From Nemertoderma westbladi (lineage: Eukaryota; Animalia; Xenacoelomorpha): a DNA stretch of 64,000 nucleotides. The position numbers and the translations under genes are program-made. The notes under the pieces are model-generated. The model saw only the letters and a list, made by a program, of their open reading frames with translations. It ran no database searches and was not told the DNA's origin. The DNA lies in the NCBI GenBank assembly GCA_032718475.1, contig JAUCBJ010008622.1, forward strand, positions 87,826 to 151,825. The letters run 5' to 3'. Shown piece by piece: positions 59,431 to 64,000 of the stretch; positions within the stretch are counted from its first letter, which is position 1; each line of letters opens with the position of its first letter.

Positions 59431-62400
59431 GGCTGCATCTAGGTCCCTGAACAGGCAGTACTCTGTTAATCTACAGGAGCTAATAAACCAACAGGTTGAT
59501 GCCATCAATGATGCCGACGCCAGCAGGCAATCATCCCAGGCATGGAAATCGATCAACTTGCTTACTGGGCGGAAAAGCCAACCAACCACCAAGGTTAAGG
59601 CTGAATCACCAGCCGATCGCCTCAATGGTTGGAAGGCCCCACTTTGAAAAGCTCCTCAATAATGAGTGTATTGCCTGATAACTTTATAGAAGTAAAAGTG
59701 TCTGAGTCTGTACTCCCAGATATTCCCATTGGCGATATCTCCTTTGCAGAAGTGAAGGCTGCTGCAAAGAGCATTAAGACCAATCGTGCCAGTGGAGTAG
59801 ATGGTGTCCCCCCTGAGGTCTTTAAAATACCTGAGTGTTTAAAGCTCATCTATCCCATCATAGTAGACATGTACCGAACAACAAGAGTCCCACAAGAAAT
59901 GAAAACAAATAAGTTGGTGCCAGTCCCCAAGAAGGGCAACCTAACACTCTATGGTTCTTTTCGGGGAATCTCATTGATCTCGATTGCTGCAAAGCTATAC
60001 AATAGAATTCTATTAAATCGCATCAGGGATCCCATTGAGAGACTGCTCCGTAAAGGTCGTGGGACCATGGAACCCATTTTGGCACTTAGAAGGATAATTG
60101 AAGAGTTGTCAAAAAAGAAAGACAGGCATCTGGCTGTTATCTTTGTTGACTTCTTCAAGGCCTTTGATTCAGTCTCCCGCTCACGTATGTTCAGCATACT
60201 TTCATTATATGGGATTCCTGATGAAATTATTGCAGCAATCAGATCAGTATATGATGGTTCGACAACATTTGTGTCTACTGTTGATGGTGACAAAGAACCA
60301 TTTGAAGTGTTATGGGCCGTCCTCCAGGGAGACACACTTGCACCATTCTTGTTCATAATTGTGGTTGACTATGTTCTACGCATGTCCTTAGATCATCATA
60401 ATGTTGATGGGGTGATGATAACTCCACCTACTGGCTCCAGAAGTCGAGGAAATCCTGCCAAGTACCTAACTGATCTAGACTTTGCTGATGACTTAGGAGT
60501 ACTCTCAGAATCAGCTCATTAGAACATGCTGCTTCTAGTGTTGGTCTTTTTAATAACTCCAGAAAGACCAAAATTTTGACAGTTAACTTTGAAAGTTCTC
60601 ACCAAGTCTCTGATCGGATGAGCATAAGCTCAAAGGATTGTATGCTTGAGCATGTGGACGACTTCTGTTACCTGGGATCATGGATCCGGAAGTCAGGTGA
60701 GGACCTTCGAATACGTAAGGGAAAGGCATGGGCAGCCTTGAATAGGTTTTCCAGGATTTGGAAGTCACCGATAATTAATCGGAAACTTAACCCTATTAAA
60801 CCCGGGGGGGGGGGGGGTCAATATGACCCCCCCCCCGTGGTTTTATTATTATAATTCTGAAACAAACGCAGTTGGGAATCTGAAATTTTATGACTTTTCC
60901 TAAAAATCTAAGTAGTGAAAACCGTTTTCAAAAATATTGGGTAGTTTTCGAGTTATAGCACCATTTTTTAACCCTACTTTTGGCATTTTTTTTGAGACAT
61001 TTTTTGAAAATTACATTTCATTAAATATGAATTGTAACATCTCTATTTTGATTTACACCGGTTTTTTGGTGTTAGCAATTGGATGGAATACATATAAATT
61101 GATTTAGAAATTTCAAACTTGTTTTTTTCGGCGGGTGCCAATTTTTGGTGCCAGCACCAAATTTTGAAATATGTCAATTTTGTAAATTGATTGTGTGAAA
61201 CTCGTTTTTACGCAATTTGGGTTTTTTGGGGTTCTGGTTTCGATGAAATATATAGGAGTTGCACCAAGCGTATCAAACTTGTATTTTTCGGTGGTGGGTG
61301 CAAATTTTGGTGCTAGCACGATATTTTGAAAATTCATTCAATTGATAAAATTGTTTGTGACAATATACTTCTTGTGTTTTATAGGTTTATGGCTATTCTG
61401 AATTGAATAGAATATATAATTTTCGAACTAGGCATCTCAAACTTGTATTTTTCTGAAGTGGGTGCAAAATGTGGTGCTAGCACCAAATTTTGAAAACCAT
61501 CAAATATATAAATTGATTGTGTCACCTTGTTTCTTGCGTTATACGGGTTTGTGAGGGTTCTGAATTCAATGGAATCAGTAAAAATTTCATAAGAGTTTTC
61601 AAACTTGTATTTTTCGCCGGTGGGTGAAAATTGTTGTGCCAGCACCAAATTTTGGAAAATAAGCAAATTGATCAGTAGATAGTATCATCTTGTTTATTGC
61701 GTTATACGGGTTTATGAGGGTCCTGAATCCGATGGAATCAATAAAAACAGCACTGGACATCGCAAACTTGTACTTTTTGGTGATGGGTACGAAATTTGGT
61801 CCTAGCACCAAAATTTGCCAAATTACGCCGAAAAATACAAGTAGCAATGATGGGGCATTTTAGAAATGTATTCCATTAGAATCAGCGCCCTGGAAAACCT
61901 GAAAATGTGAATTTATAGCATCGTATAACTGAATTAAAAATTTTGTGTTCTAACTGAAAAGTGCTGGTTACTTGTTTTTTTCATTTTTTTTCTACGCAGA
62001 GAGGACTAAACAGCCATTTATAGTAATAGTATCATTTTTAAATATTTTCCAATGTATTTTGCGACCCAGAAAACCTGTATTGAAAAACAATTAGACGAAA
62101 AATGTAACTTTCAAATTTTGTGAAAATTGTGCACTACTTGTAATTTTGGTGCAGCAATATAACCACCCCAGTACATTTTTTCGAAATTTTTTTTTTCGTT
62201 CGGATTCTGACTAGTGATACCTACGTACAAACAAAAAATCAGACGTTTTCGTAAAAATTTGTAGATTTTAGAGGGGGGGGGGGGGGGGGGGGGGGGTCAA
62301 TATGACCCCCACCCCCGGTATTTGTACAACATTTTATAACCCGGTACTAATAGGGTTAAGGTCCGATTATTTAGAGCAGCAGTAGTTCCAGTACTCCTCT

Positions 62401-62852
62401 ATGGGAGTCCATGCTGGGCTCTAACTGCTGAGGACACCAAATCTCTGGATGGCACATTCACAAGAATGCTACGCCGGGTTCATTGTGTCAAGTACAATGC
62501 ACACATCTCCAACCAGACACTATATAACATTGGAGGTGTCTCCTTGGTTCCCCCAAGCTTGACACTAGAACAAAATCGCCTCCGCTTTGCAGGACATTGC
62601 TTTCGCCGTGAGGACCAGCCAGTGCATAATCTTGTACATTGGCAGCCTCATGGAGTGAATAAGCATGGTGGACAGCCCATGACTTTCTTGAGACGCATCT
62701 TAAAGGACACTGGCCTTGAAGATGCGCATGATCTAGCAAATTTCATGGGTGATAGGGAGTTGTGGCGGCGCAGTTTTGTCGACAAGTCGGCACAGCATTC
62801 TTTAAAATGCAGCTGCAATGCAGCATGCCGATACTACTAGTAGTAGTAGTAC
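59431..62852 (+). mobile_element. Degraded RTE-clade LINE (RT region), split by a MITE
   Basis: PVPKKG, FRGISL, FVDFFKAFD, LQGDTLAPFLF, FADD; NRKL|KVRLFRAAVVPVLLYG rejoins across the MITE; RLRFAGHCFR; (TAG)n tail. Confidence 0.88.
60791..62355 (+). mobile_element. Complete TTAA-flanked CCCTATTA MITE
   Basis: TTAA at 60787-60790 and 62356-62359; TIRs intact. Confidence 0.88.
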
Positions 62853-62979
62853 TATTTTCCAGGAATTTTCACATTCAAAAAAAAAAATTTACCAAAAAAT
62901 CTCAAATCGAGTTAGTGCTAATTGATTAGCAATCACTACCTTTTGTGGAGCACTTTGCCTTCGATAACCGCGGATTTTA

Positions 62980-63705
62980 TTTGTCCGATCATATACCTAT
63001 GTACCCAATTATGAGTACATATTTGTTCTATAAATCTTAATCTCTTACTTACTGTACTTGTGCACAAGAACTTAACTCCGAAATATCTTGTGGACGACCA
63101 ACGACGTGCAAATTGCAAACACATGATTTATCAGTACATGCTCTCTCATTGGAACTCGGTAGTATTAATATGGCATGGCAGATCTAGACCTAGTACAGCA
63201 TTCTGATCAAGCAAGCCTGATAAGGACAGCTGTCCTGAGCGCATGTCGCATTGAAAAAGTAAATCACAACAGGAACCACGCTGAACAAGTTGGTAATTCA
63301 ACCTCCAGTGTCAATGATTTAATGAAGGAGTGCGAAACTGCATTTAATGACTTAAAATAATTTCTACAATTAGTAACAATAATCCAGCAAAGACCGACAT
63401 ACCATTACTAATTTCAATTCTAAACGCTCGAGACTCAACTCTCAGATCATCACAAATTACCATAGCGATGACAGAAAGAGGTGGAATGAGCTGCTTGATG
63501 CTGATGCCAGCAACTCCAAGGAGTTGTGGAACAAAATTGATTGGAAGGGTAATAAATAAAATAAATAGCAAGAAAACCGTGGTTATTCCACCATCCTTGG
63601 CCGATTTTGAATCTCATGTTGAATCGCTTTACGCTCTCACTGATAACGAGTCAACCGCAAATTGATTTACATTAAACTCCATGGTTCATATTCCGCAATT
63701 GGGGA
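62980..63705 (+). pseudogene. Degraded LINE ORF2 fragment (end of endonuclease plus linker)
   Basis: LSDHIP near 62980, then KELWNKIDWKG and FESHVESLY in shifting frames. Confidence 0.45.
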
Positions 63706-64000
63706 ATAGTTCTTTTTACAGAACACAGCAGAACACAGTAGAACACAGCAGAACACAATAGAATACAGGCGGAACATAGGCGAACACAGCTGTAATTAAA
63801 ATCTACACCAAAAAATAACACACTTGGGAAAGTACCGGACTAAATCATACAACTGTAAGATGTCAATTACATATTAAATTAAATGGCGGTTTTCCATATC
63901 CTCCAAAATAAATTACCTGATCACAGTTGCCCGATCAGCTGTTCTGGTTAGGCCTGTACCTGTTACTAGTCCAGTAGTCTGCCTGTCAGCCTGTTCCAGT

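Overview
AT-rich, intron-containing animal (probably invertebrate) genomic DNA, almost entirely nested mobile elements inside the introns of a minus-strand host gene with fibronectin type II and Thr/Pro-rich exons. It holds a piggyBac split by a 12.2-kb non-autonomous BEL/Pao LTR element (Gag plus protease only), a second copy of that element abutting a BEL/Pao pol, a near full-length APE-RT LINE, an RTE LINE, many MITEs and several minisatellites. Two signals stand out. (1) A 9.3 x 412-bp tandem array in which each unit has a tRNA-derived Pol III head fused to a minimal type I hammerhead ribozyme; the whole array is bounded by a 12-bp target-site duplication and starts with an inversion, as expected for one retrotransposition of a circular or multimeric RNA. 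(2) Two different BEL/Pao families lack a tRNA primer-binding site and instead have a ~12-nt sequence complementary to a site inside their own LTR, suggesting Tf1-type self-priming in a lineage where I do not know it to be described. All calls were made by eye; no searches or folding were run.
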